Counted from the stretch's first letter, positions 1-9,377 are shown. The stretch is DNA of 64,000 nucleotides from a virus (IMGVR_UViG_3300031992_000079:1-64000); one strand, 5' to 3'. Translations and numbers: made by a program. The notes: generated by a model from the sequence alone, not told the origin.

Positions 1-96
1 CATAGTTATGCCCATAGTAGAAGGTAAGGTTTTCAGTAACAACCTCAGACTCCTTAATAAGGATAGCCTTCTCTGGTGTTCCTTCTGTTACTCTAA

Positions 97-1260
97 TCAT
101 TTATTACTCCCATCATAGATGTAGATACCTTCTTTGGCTCTTGATAAAGCCACATAGATTAACCTGGTTTTAGTACTCATTACTCTACAGGTCTTAATGT
201 CTCTCATATCAATAAGGACATTGTTATAGGTACTGCCTTGTGCAGCATGAACAGTACATGCCATGTTGTCTCTCAGGTCAGCAATCTTTTCCTTGAATAA
301 GAAGTAGTCCTTCCATGCCTTATCCTTAGCAAACTGCTTAAGAAGTGTTCTGTAGGTATCTACATTACAAGGCATAAGGAAGTCACCACTCTTACCCATG
401 ATGTTCACTCTCCTCACCATGAAACCACTAAAGCCATAGAGTTCATAGGGGTCAGAGATGTTACTTACTACTCCCTCTTCTTCAGCATAGAGTCTGCTCC
501 TGTCATCATTGTAACTTTGGCAGAAAGACTTAGAAACAACTAAGTCTCCTTCTTGAATGTCTACAGGTCTGTTAGTCAGTTCTCTGTAGTACCTGTTGTA
601 GGCAATGACTGTCTTGTTGGTATAAGCCAGTATCTTATCATCAAAACTCATAGAAGTAATTACATCCTCTATTTCCTGCTTAGAATGCAGAATTTTGATG
701 TTTTCTGTTGGGGTAATAGAGTCTATCACCTTAGCCAGTTTGATGTGATTTCTGGCACTCTCAATCAATTCTATGAGGTCATCTTTCTTCTGTCTTACCA
801 CATCAGTAAGTTCAATCACCTTAAACTTCTCAAAGACATTAATACCACCCTTAACAGCAGGTAACTGATTCATATCTCCAACAAAGATAATCTTACATCT
901 GGTAATGTTGGTAGTAACAATCTGGAACAGTTCCCAATCCAGCATAGAAGCTTCATCAATGATGATTACCTCATCCTCAATGCTCTTGAGGTTTTTGGTA
1001 TCAATGATGTAGTCACCTTCCTTAAAGGTAACTCTCAAACCAAAGTGACTGAAGGTAGTCTCACCACCAATAACATTAGCAGCCTTATTGGTAGTAGCAG
1101 TAAGACTTACCCACTTATCAGTAAGCTGAGGAATGATGTTCTTAATGAAATAACTCTTACCTGTTCCTGGCTTACCAGAGAGACAGATATATTCTTCAAT
1201 AGGGTCATTCAGAAACTTCTTAATTGCTTCTCTTGCTTTTAACTGGCTATTGGTCAGCAT
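97..1260 (-). CDS. Dda/RecD-like SF1B DNA helicase
   Basis: Walker A GKPGTGKS, IIDEASM, VGDMNQLPAV, TVHAAQGSTY and YVALSRA motifs; usual position in the N4-like replication module. Confidence 0.9.
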   Translation of the reverse strand: MLTNSQLKAREAIKKFLNDPIEEYICLSGKPGTGKSYFIKNIIPQLTDKWVSLTATTNKAANVIGGETTFSHFGLRVTFKEGDYIIDTKNLKSIEDEVIIIDEASMLDWELFQIVTTNITRCKIIFVGDMNQLPAVKGGINVFEKFKVIELTDVVRQKKDDLIELIESARNHIKLAKVIDSITPTENIKILHSKQEIEDVITSMSFDDKILAYTNKTVIAYNRYYRELTNRPVDIQEGDLVVSKSFCQSYNDDRSRLYAEEEGVVSNISDPYELYGFSGFMVRRVNIMGKSGDFLMPCNVDTYRTLLKQFAKDKAWKDYFLFKEKIADLRDNMACTVHAAQGSTYNNVLIDMRDIKTCRVMSTKTRLIYVALSRAKEGIYIYDGSNK

Positions 1261-1275
1261 AGTAATTCCTTAATT

Positions 1276-1300
1276 AAAAAAGCCCCTATCACTAGGGGCT
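1276..1300 (-). terminator. Intrinsic terminator
   Basis: AGCCCCTA-tcac-TAGGGGCT stem (1281-1300) with A-tract on its left (U-tract on the minus strand). Confidence 0.75.
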
Positions 1301-1322
1301 CAACACATGCCACGAGGTAGAA

Positions 1323-1619
1323 TTAAATCTTATCTTTCAAATGTTTCAAAAGAGTTTTCTTTAATAGGGCTATAGTCACTTCAGCTCCTAAGTAACCAAA
1401 GGTACCTGATATACAGAATGCCACAGTATTAGGTAATTCAAAGTATATACATAGCAAACCTATTAAGAACCCGGCGAAGCCGCTAGAAAAACCCTTTACA
1501 AGAAACATCTTAATTGAGAATTCTGTAGTGTTACATAAGTAGGAAACAAACCCTCCTATTACAGCCAAGAGTCCATATAGCGCAGCTCTATATAACTCAA
1601 GCCAGTCTTGTTCACCCAT
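1323..1619 (-). CDS. Putative holin (LydA-like, 3 TM segments)
   Basis: Likely start MGEQDW at 1619; three hydrophobic segments, GFxSGFAG and GxxGYLG motifs, basic C-terminal tail. Confidence 0.6.
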   Translation of the reverse strand: MGEQDWLELYRAALYGLLAVIGGFVSYLCNTTEFSIKMFLVKGFSSGFAGFLIGLLCIYFELPNTVAFCISGTFGYLGAEVTIALLKKTLLKHLKDKI

Positions 1620-2082
1620 TGAGATATATTCCTTCAACCTTATCCAATATAGCTTTAAGAGGTAATACTCCTTTGGTATCCAGATATTGATACTGAAGTT
1701 TACTGTTAAACACATTAGTTTCTGCATTAGCCTCTATATACAGAGGGTCTATCATACAGCCTACTATGTTCTCTGGTTTCTTCAGCTTAAACTCAAAGGG
1801 CTTAAGATATTTATGCAAAAACAGGAGTTGTTTAGCTCCTGTCCACTTGCTTAATGTATTGCTCTTGATTCCATAAGCTTTAGCTACTCTAGGCATTAAG
1901 TAGTAATACCCTGTCACAGGCTTATGCCAGAAGAACTTGAACTCATGATTAGGGTCAAAGCCAGATTCAAAGCCAATATAGGCAATAAGATAATCCAGCA
2001 TATGATCTCTTAAATGATAACGCTCTTGAAGCTGTAACAGGATATTTTGCTCTTCCTGAGTAAATTTATTCTTGTGAATCAA
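1612..2082 (-). CDS. Divergent lysozyme-like / lytic transglycosylase-like protein
   Basis: IGFESGFDP (putative catalytic Glu), TGYYYLMPxxAKxYG resembling GLIQFMPxTA, and QL..L.KY; overlaps the holin start. Confidence 0.45.
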   Translation of the reverse strand: MIHKNKFTQEEQNILLQLQERYHLRDHMLDYLIAYIGFESGFDPNHEFKFFWHKPVTGYYYLMPRVAKAYGIKSNTLSKWTGAKQLLFLHKYLKPFEFKLKKPENIVGCMIDPLYIEANAETNVFNSKLQYQYLDTKGVLPLKAILDKVEGIYLNG

Positions 2083-3191
2083 TTTAGATGAGCTACCTTA
2101 CCTTTTGTTGGTTTATATCTATCATTACCATAGATAACCCAGAATACTTTCTTTCTAATGTATTCTACTGGGTCTTGGCAATAATATCCATCAGTAAGGA
2201 TAATGCTGAAGAGACTCTTACTACTATTAAGGTCTTCGACCACCTCTTGAATACTAGTACCTCCAGTACTCTTAAACTTAAGCTTAGGAGTCAACTGAGT
2301 AGCAGTAGTGATTTCTCTCTTTTGAGTAATGTAATCAGAGAAAGTATTAAGATACATCTTCTCAAGATTCAAATCTTCAAAGAGTCTCTTTAACTCACAT
2401 ACAAACTTACCCAGTATCTCCTCATCAATAGAGCCAGAAGCATCAATATAGACATTTACAGTAGACTGACATGCTTCCTCTGCACAGAGAGATGGCATAT
2501 ACCAGTCCTGTATTCTTCTATTTGGCTTAGCCCATGAGTAATCACTAGGCTTGAAGTTATTGGCAAAGTTTCTTAAGAGAACTCTCCAGTTAAGAGTAGG
2601 TCTGAAGAGCTTCTCAATAGTCCTGCCGTAGTCACTATTGCAGTGATTAAAGGATTTACTGGCATTCTTAGAAGCTATCTCTCCCTTATACACCACAGAC
2701 TTAACATCCTCCATAGATGGAGTATTCTTTCCTGGTTTAACATCCTTAAACTTATCAGGCATCTTCTTTTTCTTCTCATTATCCTGCATGAGAGAATAAT
2801 AGATTTCTTCAGTAGAAGATTCCTTGTAAATGTCAGGACATTCCAATGCTCCTTCAGGCAGTGAAAAACCCTGTCTAAGCAGAGTGCTATTCACTACATA
2901 ATCAGCAGCAATGTTCCATGTGCTATTATCATCCTCTACAAGATTTAACTGCTTGTATCTGGTGCAATGAGCCAGAACAATATGCCCAATCTCATGGGCA
3001 ATAATACCAGTGGCTTCCTGTTCAGTTAAACTAAGAAGAAACTCCTTGTTATAGGAAACAGAATCACCATCAGTGCAAGCAGTGGGAATACTGTTATCCT
3101 CATGGAACTCAGTTGCAGCAGCAATGCAACCAAGGAATGGATCCTTGATATAGACATTGAGCTTCAGCTTACTAATATCAAGCTTAATCAC
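2079..3191 (-). CDS. Metallopeptidase-like (DUF2201) plus vWA-domain protein (N4 gp25-like)
   Basis: PTACTDG, HEIGH, WNIAADYVVN in the N-terminus; VYIDASGS, GGT and ILTDG MIDAS motifs in the C-terminus. Confidence 0.85.
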   Translation of the reverse strand: MIKLDISKLKLNVYIKDPFLGCIAAATEFHEDNSIPTACTDGDSVSYNKEFLLSLTEQEATGIIAHEIGHIVLAHCTRYKQLNLVEDDNSTWNIAADYVVNSTLLRQGFSLPEGALECPDIYKESSTEEIYYSLMQDNEKKKKMPDKFKDVKPGKNTPSMEDVKSVVYKGEIASKNASKSFNHCNSDYGRTIEKLFRPTLNWRVLLRNFANNFKPSDYSWAKPNRRIQDWYMPSLCAEEACQSTVNVYIDASGSIDEEILGKFVCELKRLFEDLNLEKMYLNTFSDYITQKREITTATQLTPKLKFKSTGGTSIQEVVEDLNSSKSLFSIILTDGYYCQDPVEYIRKKVFWVIYGNDRYKPTKGKVAHLN

Positions 3192-4210
3192 ATTACCACC
3201 TCATGCAGCTTAGTGAAGAATGAAGGGAAGTTAAACAGATTAGCCTTATGCTCCCTGCATTGTGCAATAAACATACCTGCTAAGTCCTTACCCAGACCAA
3301 TGATATAGGTCAGAGTATTATTACACTCAGCATCAGTAGTGATTTCATCCACATGCTCAATGCAGTGGAAGACAATCATCCAACTGAGTCCCAAGTCCTT
3401 CTGCTGAGGAATAGTTGCCTTACCAGACTTAATATCATTGAACTTAGGAAGATGCTTAGCATACTTCGTATATTCAATGAACATATTGCCTACAGAACCA
3501 ATGGTACCATTAACCAGTTCTTTGTAGTCCTTAAGATTACCAGGAATGTTCTTAAGCAACTTATTGAGCATATCCCATGTTCTAGGACAAGCATAAGTCT
3601 CATCATCCTTCTCAGGGTCAAAGGTGAAGAGATGCTCATTCTTATATGAGATATAAGCCAGAATCCTGCTATCAATGCCATGCTCCATAGCCCAGTTAAT
3701 CCAAGCCTGTACATCTGGCTCTACAGTGAAGTTAATGAGCCTGCTCCTCAATGCAGTAGACAACTGGTTTACCACTGCATTATCAGTAATAAGATTACCT
3801 GCACTTACAATAGCAACCTTATCATGCAGTGGATGATTACCAATCATCCTATCCAGAATAAGTTTATAGCTTGCTGCCTGTACTGCTCTATTAGCAGAAT
3901 TGAGTTCATCAAGAAACAGAAGCCAACCAGCCTTACCAGCAGGAACTTCATCTCCTTCAATAGGAAAGAGGTCAAAAGGCAGAAAGGTAGCCTTCTTGCC
4001 ATCAAGCTTAGGCAAACCATTCAAGTCAGCAATGTCACACTGGCTCAACCTGACATCAATGAGCTTGAGATTATTCTCTTCTGCAATCTCACGAACAATA
4101 GCACTCTTGCCCAGTCCCGGTGAACCCTGAATGAAAGGAACAAGTCCACTCTTCAGGCAAATAACGACATTATTCTTAAGCTTAGTAATATCCATTTTTG
4201 TAATCTCCAA
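3188..4210 (-). CDS. MoxR-like AAA+ ATPase (N4 gp24-like)
   Basis: GSPGLGKS, LLFLDELN, SAGN, ALRSR and CPRTW motifs; adjacent to the vWA gene. Confidence 0.85.
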   Translation of the reverse strand: MEITKMDITKLKNNVVICLKSGLVPFIQGSPGLGKSAIVREIAEENNLKLIDVRLSQCDIADLNGLPKLDGKKATFLPFDLFPIEGDEVPAGKAGWLLFLDELNSANRAVQAASYKLILDRMIGNHPLHDKVAIVSAGNLITDNAVVNQLSTALRSRLINFTVEPDVQAWINWAMEHGIDSRILAYISYKNEHLFTFDPEKDDETYACPRTWDMLNKLLKNIPGNLKDYKELVNGTIGSVGNMFIEYTKYAKHLPKFNDIKSGKATIPQQKDLGLSWMIVFHCIEHVDEITTDAECNNTLTYIIGLGKDLAGMFIAQCREHKANLFNFPSFFTKLHEVVM

Positions 4211-4450
4211 TTAAAACAAATAAGAAACAATCCAGTTGCCAAGATGCTTTTCTTTAACAACTTCGTGAGCAAAGGGATTCTCGTTGAAAGCCTTTACTGC
4301 TGCATCAGCATCAGCTTCATCCTTAAACTCTTCAATGTGTTGAAAGATGTACGTATCCCAACCAGTCTGCTCATAAGCACACTCGTAGGCATAGGAGCTA
4401 CCCTTAGCTCCAGGAACAATTTCACGTCCAATCATTTTATCAATCCTCAT
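4211..4450 (-). CDS. Hypothetical protein
   Basis: Start reassigned to MRIDK, coupled to the upstream stop; acidic phage-like composition. Confidence 0.55.
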   Translation of the reverse strand: MRIDKMIGREIVPGAKGSSYAYECAYEQTGWDTYIFQHIEEFKDEADADAAVKAFNENPFAHEVVKEKHLGNWIVSYLF

Positions 4451-4802
4451 CCTTAATGAACTCATGCCTGCTGAAAGCAATAACATCACTTTCCTTGTAC
4501 TTAACAGTACGGTAATACTCCCAGAGACCCTTACCCCACAGACTAGTGGCAGAACCATTAGCACCAATGGTATCAATGATGTCCTTATTCCTATCTGCTT
4601 CAGTGACCTCTGCATAAGCATGAGTCACCATCAGAATGTTGTTATGGCAACAACCAAGAATCACACCTTCAAGCATGAAACCATCATCGCTATACAGCCT
4701 AACAGTGGTGTCATAGCCATCACTCCAAGACACCTGAATGCTGAAGTCAATGTTCTTGCCCTCAATAATCTGAGGAATGTTATCAAATGCAATACTTTTC
4801 AT
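4440..4802 (-). CDS. Hypothetical protein
   Basis: Start MKSIAF follows the GGAGATTACAAAATG RBS. Confidence 0.65.
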   Translation of the reverse strand: MKSIAFDNIPQIIEGKNIDFSIQVSWSDGYDTTVRLYSDDGFMLEGVILGCCHNNILMVTHAYAEVTEADRNKDIIDTIGANGSATSLWGKGLWEYYRTVKYKESDVIAFSRHEFIKDED

Positions 4803-4816
4803 TTTGTAATCTCCCA

Positions 4817-5047
4817 TTAGTAGTAAAACTCAGTCCAGACTTCATACCTGTACTCTGGCTTCTCGTACATGCCATTATCACGCATGATATGAGTATCAGG
4901 ACCTTCAACCAGATTCATCATATCGCATGCTTCCTGTGCATGCTTTTTATCATCAAAGTACCAGGAATTGTGAATCCATACTCTGTCATCAGGATTGTCA
5001 ATGTTCCATGATCTGAATGTAGTTAAACCAGTGAATTCGTAATTCAT
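4817..5047 (-). CDS. Hypothetical protein
   Basis: AGAGG RBS; first ORF after the hairpin promoter at 5083. Confidence 0.65.
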   Translation of the reverse strand: MNYEFTGLTTFRSWNIDNPDDRVWIHNSWYFDDKKHAQEACDMMNLVEGPDTHIMRDNGMYEKPEYRYEVWTEFYY

Positions 5048-5082
5048 ATTTACCTCTATGTGGCTTAAAAAGTATTACCAAA

Positions 5083-5095
5083 TGGGCGAAGCCCA
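5083..5095 (-). promoter_or_regulatory. Virion-RNAP-type hairpin promoter
   Basis: TGGGC-GAA-GCCCA on the + (template) strand, intergenic, preceded by CCAAA as in the N4 early promoter layout. Confidence 0.7.
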
Positions 5096-5109
5096 CAATG
5101 GTTAGAATT

Positions 5110-5134
5110 AAAAAAGCCCCTATTGCTAGGGGCT
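5110..5134 (-). terminator. Intrinsic terminator
   Basis: AGCCCCTA-ttgc-TAGGGGCT stem plus A6 tract. Confidence 0.75.
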
Positions 5135-5162
5135 TCACTTTTCATGTGATGTTATAAGGAGA

Positions 5163-5528
5163 TTACATGATATTTCTAAACAGGTTGTTAAGGTAGTTAA
5201 TCATTGCATCTTCATCCATCTCTTTGGACTTCCTCCGAGTATCCTCATCCTCTCTTACTGGCTTATCCTCTACCTTCCTGTAGGTGTGTCTTACACCAAT
5301 AGGATTACCATTCTCATCAGTGAAATGGTACAAATCATCGAAAGTGAAAGCCAGATTGCCAATAATGACAGAGTCAGGAACATTCAAATCTTCTGATTCA
5401 ATAAGGGCAGTAATCATACCAGTAATCTTGGTATCTTTGGTCTTGAAGGAGATAGTATCACCAATCTTATACTGCTCCTTAAAGCTCTTCAGAGAAAAAG
5501 GCTCAGACTTAATGATTTCATTATCCAT
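5163..5528 (-). CDS. Hypothetical protein
   Basis: Likely start MDNEII with AAGGA RBS. Confidence 0.6.
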   Translation of the reverse strand: MDNEIIKSEPFSLKSFKEQYKIGDTISFKTKDTKITGMITALIESEDLNVPDSVIIGNLAFTFDDLYHFTDENGNPIGVRHTYRKVEDKPVREDEDTRRKSKEMDEDAMINYLNNLFRNIM

Positions 5529-5565
5529 TTTTGTATTCCTTAAATGTGTGTATTGTAACGATATA

Positions 5566-6177
5566 TTAGAACTTAATCCAGCCTTCATGCTTAAAGACTG
5601 ATACTTTCTTCACAGTCCCATCAGGCTGCTTAACCTCTTCAGATACTCTCTTGGAGAAAGCATAGCAATACTTGAAGCCATAGTCAGTTGCTGCTCTCTC
5701 ACATGCTGACATGAAGAAAGGAGCACCACCAAGAAGGACAGTGCAATCCTCTGGCTTAACATTAGGAGGAAGCATAGCCATGAGACAGTTAAACATCTCA
5801 TAAGCCCTATCATTAATGAGTTCAGCAGTAGGCAGGCTGTCGAAGTTAAGATAGAAATCCATACCCTGAGGCTCAATAGTGTAATCAACACTGTTTCTCT
5901 GCTCATCAGTGAGTGGATGCTGGGTAAGATTGATTAAATACTTGTTCATTGATTCATCCTCAATAATAGGTGCAACAGCCAGTGCATCACCATATGCCTG
6001 TACCATATCTTCACCATACCAATTCTTCACATCCTCAAGAAATTCATTTCTAAAGTTCCAGGAAGAATAGTTCTTCTGAAAGTCATCCCATTCAGTAGTC
6101 TCATGGTTGTACTGGGAAATGTTAATCCAGCCAGCCTTAGTAACTTCAATGTTCAGAATGATTTCATCATTATTCAT
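5566..6177 (-). CDS. Csx20-like (CARF-related) domain protein with an N-terminal extra domain
   Basis: LINLTQHPLTDEQ, LLGGAPFFM and YAFSKRVSEEVKQPDGTVKKVSVFKHEGW resemble Csx20/Csx15 patterns; start at 6177 after GGAGATTACAAAATG; possible internal start at 5949. Confidence 0.55.
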   Translation of the reverse strand: MNNDEIILNIEVTKAGWINISQYNHETTEWDDFQKNYSSWNFRNEFLEDVKNWYGEDMVQAYGDALAVAPIIEDESMNKYLINLTQHPLTDEQRNSVDYTIEPQGMDFYLNFDSLPTAELINDRAYEMFNCLMAMLPPNVKPEDCTVLLGGAPFFMSACERAATDYGFKYCYAFSKRVSEEVKQPDGTVKKVSVFKHEGWIKF

Positions 6178-6233
6178 TTTGTAATCTCCAAAGAAAAAAG
6201 AAAAAAAGAAAGAACTAAAAAATACTACTGAAT

Positions 6234-6244
6234 GGGCGAAGCCC
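6234..6244 (-). promoter_or_regulatory. Virion-RNAP-type hairpin promoter
   Basis: GGGC-GAA-GCCC, intergenic, predicted +1 template C at 6228. Confidence 0.6.
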
Positions 6245-6305
6245 CCGAGCATTTGAACTAAAAAAAAATTACTTAGATACAGGTTATTAACCTATACCTA
6301 AGTGG

Positions 6306-6374
6306 AAAAAAAAAAATAACACATGCACACATAACTATACTTTTACATATAGCTTATGTGTGCATGTGCTTTTT
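6306..6374. terminator. Long hairpin, probably a bidirectional terminator
   Basis: 15-bp inverted repeat CACATGCACACATAA/TTATGTGTGCATGTG (6320-6368) with inner CTATA/TATAG; A-tract on the left, T-tract on the right. Confidence 0.6.
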
Positions 6375-6389
6375 GCTTGGACAAAGTGA

Positions 6390-6614
6390 TTAGCTGTTTA
6401 CTACATACAACCCTGCATTGATGATTGCAAAGAATTCTGCATCATCATCATTTGCTTCAATAGCATCATACTGAGCTTGTGTCATGTAGACATCAGTATC
6501 AGTATCATAATGCTCTCTAACGTACATCACCCAATAGGCAATGTTGTTAGTATTGAAAGCCTTAGGTGCATAGAAGTAGGCCCTTTCAGTCTTCTTATCC
6601 AAATATACTTTCAT
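6390..6614 (-). CDS. Hypothetical protein
   Basis: GAGGAGATTATC RBS. Confidence 0.65.
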   Translation of the reverse strand: MKVYLDKKTERAYFYAPKAFNTNNIAYWVMYVREHYDTDTDVYMTQAQYDAIEANDDDAEFFAIINAGLYVVNS

Positions 6615-6632
6615 GATAATCTCCTCATTATG

Positions 6633-6992
6633 TTAATACAGGTGCTTGTACCAGTTAATCCACCCATCAGGTGCAATATGGTACTTGCTGAAGAGCTTAG
6701 CCATCTTCTTGCGAAAGATAGCATCTCTCCTGTCCTGTTCCTGGTTGTATGCCTCATACTCCTCATCGGCGTAATCAGGAATCCATTTCTGGATTTCATC
6801 CCCGATGAACCAAAGAGGAAAATCATACTTGGCATCTGCATGAAATTGTTCATCTCTGAATTCCTTCACCTCCCTCGGAGAGAGAAAGAGAAAGAAGTCA
6901 TTGAGGTTCCTGCCGAAGCAGGGAGTATCCTCTGACCACATCAGGTTGATGAACTCTCTGCAAAATCCTTTGTAAGCCTTGTAACCTTTCAT
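6633..6992 (-). CDS. Hypothetical protein
   Basis: GGAGATTACC RBS; aromatic/acidic early-type protein. Confidence 0.65.
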   Translation of the reverse strand: MKGYKAYKGFCREFINLMWSEDTPCFGRNLNDFFLFLSPREVKEFRDEQFHADAKYDFPLWFIGDEIQKWIPDYADEEYEAYNQEQDRRDAIFRKKMAKLFSKYHIAPDGWINWYKHLY

Positions 6993-7115
6993 GGTAATCT
7001 CCAGTTGAAAAAAACAAAAATGAGAATCGGTCAGATATTGCTATCCAACCTCATCTCATCGAATATAAGTTAGTATTAAGTACTGAGAGTATCCCCTCCT
7101 TACAAATATTGAATA

Positions 7116-7148
7116 AAGCCACTTGCGAATACTTGGAGCAAGTGGCTT
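7116..7148 (-). terminator. Hairpin downstream of the RNAP II subunit gene
   Basis: 11-bp inverted repeat AAGCCACTTGC/GCAAGTGGCTT. Confidence 0.55.
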
Positions 7149-7173
7149 ATTGATTAGTGCGAGCGAAGCGAGC

Positions 7174-8481
7174 TTATTGCAGCAGGTAGGTGCTGTTAGC
7201 AATAGCCTCAACTATCTCAGGGTTTACTGAATCAATTTCAATCTTCAGACCCTTGGCTTCCCAGTTGAGCATCTTAGCAATGTACTCAAGGAAATGACCC
7301 TTATAGAGTTCTACCATTAGATAGTTGAATGCTTTCTGCATCTCATCCACATAGTTAATGTGGCACATGAATTCATCATGCACTGCCACTACATCAAAGT
7401 GATGCTCAGGCAGATGATTAACAGCTTCCTTGATAGCATAGTAGTAGTCATCAGGCAGGACATCACCATGTCTCAGGTGGTCCATAACCCTCAAACTAAC
7501 AATGCCAGTATCCTTCCAGCACTGCATAAGCTCATTAGCCTTAATATGCTCTAAGCCTGCAACACTGTCCAGCTTCTTGCTGTGTTTCAGTGACTCAAAT
7601 TTCAGTGAGTACTTAACAGCATTAGCACATCTGGTGATTAATTCTCTCATCAAATATGCATCTAAGCTGTGGATTACATTGGCACCTAATGCTCTGGTTC
7701 CATCTTCACCCTTCTCAAGGGCACCCTTCTTAGGATAATACACATAGCAGTGCTTCCTAACGCCCTTGGAATTGACCCACTCAATCATCTGAGTCTCTGA
7801 GTGGTCATCATTGGTAATGAAACCATCTTCGTCATACTCCTTTCTGACAAAGAGCTCTTGCACAGGAGTCACCACTTCTGCGTGGTCAGGCAGAGTCCAA
7901 GCATACTCAGTTGCCTTGTCATCCCATGCATCAAGCATAGCCTGCCGGAGCTGGTCGCACTTAGGCAGTAATTCTGCATACATATCACAGAACTTAGCCA
8001 GGTTCTCAGCTCCAACTATTGCACAGACTGCCGCTGTAGACCCATAAAAGCGTGGTATAACCGCCTTCTTCATGGTCTTACGGTCAATCTTGTTGCCAAA
8101 TGCCTTAACGAACATCATATACAGGTCAGAGTTCGTATCATCCAGTAAGCCAAGGGTCTGCATTGCAACCTTGTCTCTGGTAATCATACTCTGAATACTG
8201 ATGCCAGACTGCTTGGTGTCAATCTTGGCTAAATATCCGTTAGGCACACCAGCCTCAGCATCACACACAGCCTTAGAGATATTGGCAATCTCATAGGCTA
8301 CTTCAGCAACATCAGCACCATGCTTCTTGCAGAACTCAATAGCTGCATTAATGTCACTGAGCTTGTGGTGATACCCTTTAGCAATCATAGTTGCGCCAAG
8401 ACTGTATTGTTTCTCTACAGTTGCCTTATCAGCAAAGGCCACAATCTTGCCGAAAAACCTAGTTAAACTGTCCATCGTCAT
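7174..8481 (-). CDS. N4-like RNA polymerase II large subunit (gp16/RNAP2-like)
   Basis: T7-type motif A (DTKQSG), motif B (RKTMKKAVIPRFYGS), ANVIHSLDAY and motif C (VHDEF). Confidence 0.92.
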   Translation of the reverse strand: MTMDSLTRFFGKIVAFADKATVEKQYSLGATMIAKGYHHKLSDINAAIEFCKKHGADVAEVAYEIANISKAVCDAEAGVPNGYLAKIDTKQSGISIQSMITRDKVAMQTLGLLDDTNSDLYMMFVKAFGNKIDRKTMKKAVIPRFYGSTAAVCAIVGAENLAKFCDMYAELLPKCDQLRQAMLDAWDDKATEYAWTLPDHAEVVTPVQELFVRKEYDEDGFITNDDHSETQMIEWVNSKGVRKHCYVYYPKKGALEKGEDGTRALGANVIHSLDAYLMRELITRCANAVKYSLKFESLKHSKKLDSVAGLEHIKANELMQCWKDTGIVSLRVMDHLRHGDVLPDDYYYAIKEAVNHLPEHHFDVVAVHDEFMCHINYVDEMQKAFNYLMVELYKGHFLEYIAKMLNWEAKGLKIEIDSVNPEIVEAIANSTYLLQ

Positions 8482-8492
8482 ACTCCTTGTTG

Positions 8493-9344
8493 TTACAGTT
8501 CAGGTACATCGTTGTCATCACACGCAATTTCAGGCGTGTACTTGATAAGCTCTTTGTTAGCAAGCTCTACACAGCTTCTAATCTGCTTATTGCTAGTGAT
8601 ATTCACACTATCACAGGCTGCATAGCATCTATACCGACAATCCTGCCGATAAGGGATATTGAAGCTATCCATTGCTGCTGCCTTATTTACAGATGGAGCC
8701 AGCTTGCCAGCATAGGCATTGAATGCAGGTAACTTCTCAGGTTCTGCTGGTTCAATCATCACTGGATTATCTCTCCAGGAATCAGCAATCCTAAGTTCTA
8801 CCCGACTAATGTAGTGCATGGCATTCATGTTATGGTCGAGACCATGAGATGCCAACTTAGCCAGGTATTTACCTGTTACCTCTTCATGCAAAATTTCAGT
8901 TGCAGGAGGTGCAGGATAGTCAGTGTCAATTTCAGGACACTCTACCCTAGTCAATAAGTCACCAGTGGTGTTGCTGGTGCCTAACCAAAGCTGCTGATGC
9001 AGAGTGGACAGAATGAAGTTCACCAGTTGCTTCATCCTTGACATCCCATTCTCAGGGAATGCCACATCCAACTCAATCCAACGCAGCATTGGAATTGCGA
9101 ACTGAGGTTTGGTCATGGTACTGCATGCACTCAGTAAACATGCAGTCTTTGCCACAATGGCTTTCTGGTTGTTCTCAGTAAAGGCAGTAAGCTCTTCGAC
9201 CATAGCTTTTGCCTTATCAGAACTGTCTGGCTTAATGAGAGAAGCCATGTAGTTCTGGAGAGCCAGAATGAACCCATTCTCTTCCAAGAACTTCTCGAAC
9301 CAGGTAATTCGAGAATTTGGAAGCATTTCTACAGTAATCTCCAT
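8493..9344 (-). CDS. N4-like RNA polymerase II small subunit (gp15/RNAP1-like)
   Basis: C-terminal YRQDCRYRCYA...VNITSNKQIRSCVELANKE corresponds to the N4 gp15 DxRGRxY motif; lies directly upstream of RNAP2. Confidence 0.8.
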   Translation of the reverse strand: MEITVEMLPNSRITWFEKFLEENGFILALQNYMASLIKPDSSDKAKAMVEELTAFTENNQKAIVAKTACLLSACSTMTKPQFAIPMLRWIELDVAFPENGMSRMKQLVNFILSTLHQQLWLGTSNTTGDLLTRVECPEIDTDYPAPPATEILHEEVTGKYLAKLASHGLDHNMNAMHYISRVELRIADSWRDNPVMIEPAEPEKLPAFNAYAGKLAPSVNKAAAMDSFNIPYRQDCRYRCYAACDSVNITSNKQIRSCVELANKELIKYTPEIACDDNDVPEL

Positions 9345-9362
9345 TACAAAATCCTCCTAGGA

Positions 9363-9377
9363 AACATGGATCGTATA
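9363..9377 (-). promoter_or_regulatory. Repeated 15-bp motif, copy 1 (AACATGGATCGTATA)
   Basis: Also at 10162-10176 and 10677-10691; each lies 19-37 nt upstream of a minus-strand start. Confidence 0.6.

Noticed and set aside
4451-4621. N-terminal part of track ORF 4211..4621, and ORF 6611..6853
   Set aside because: Overlap better-supported genes in other frames
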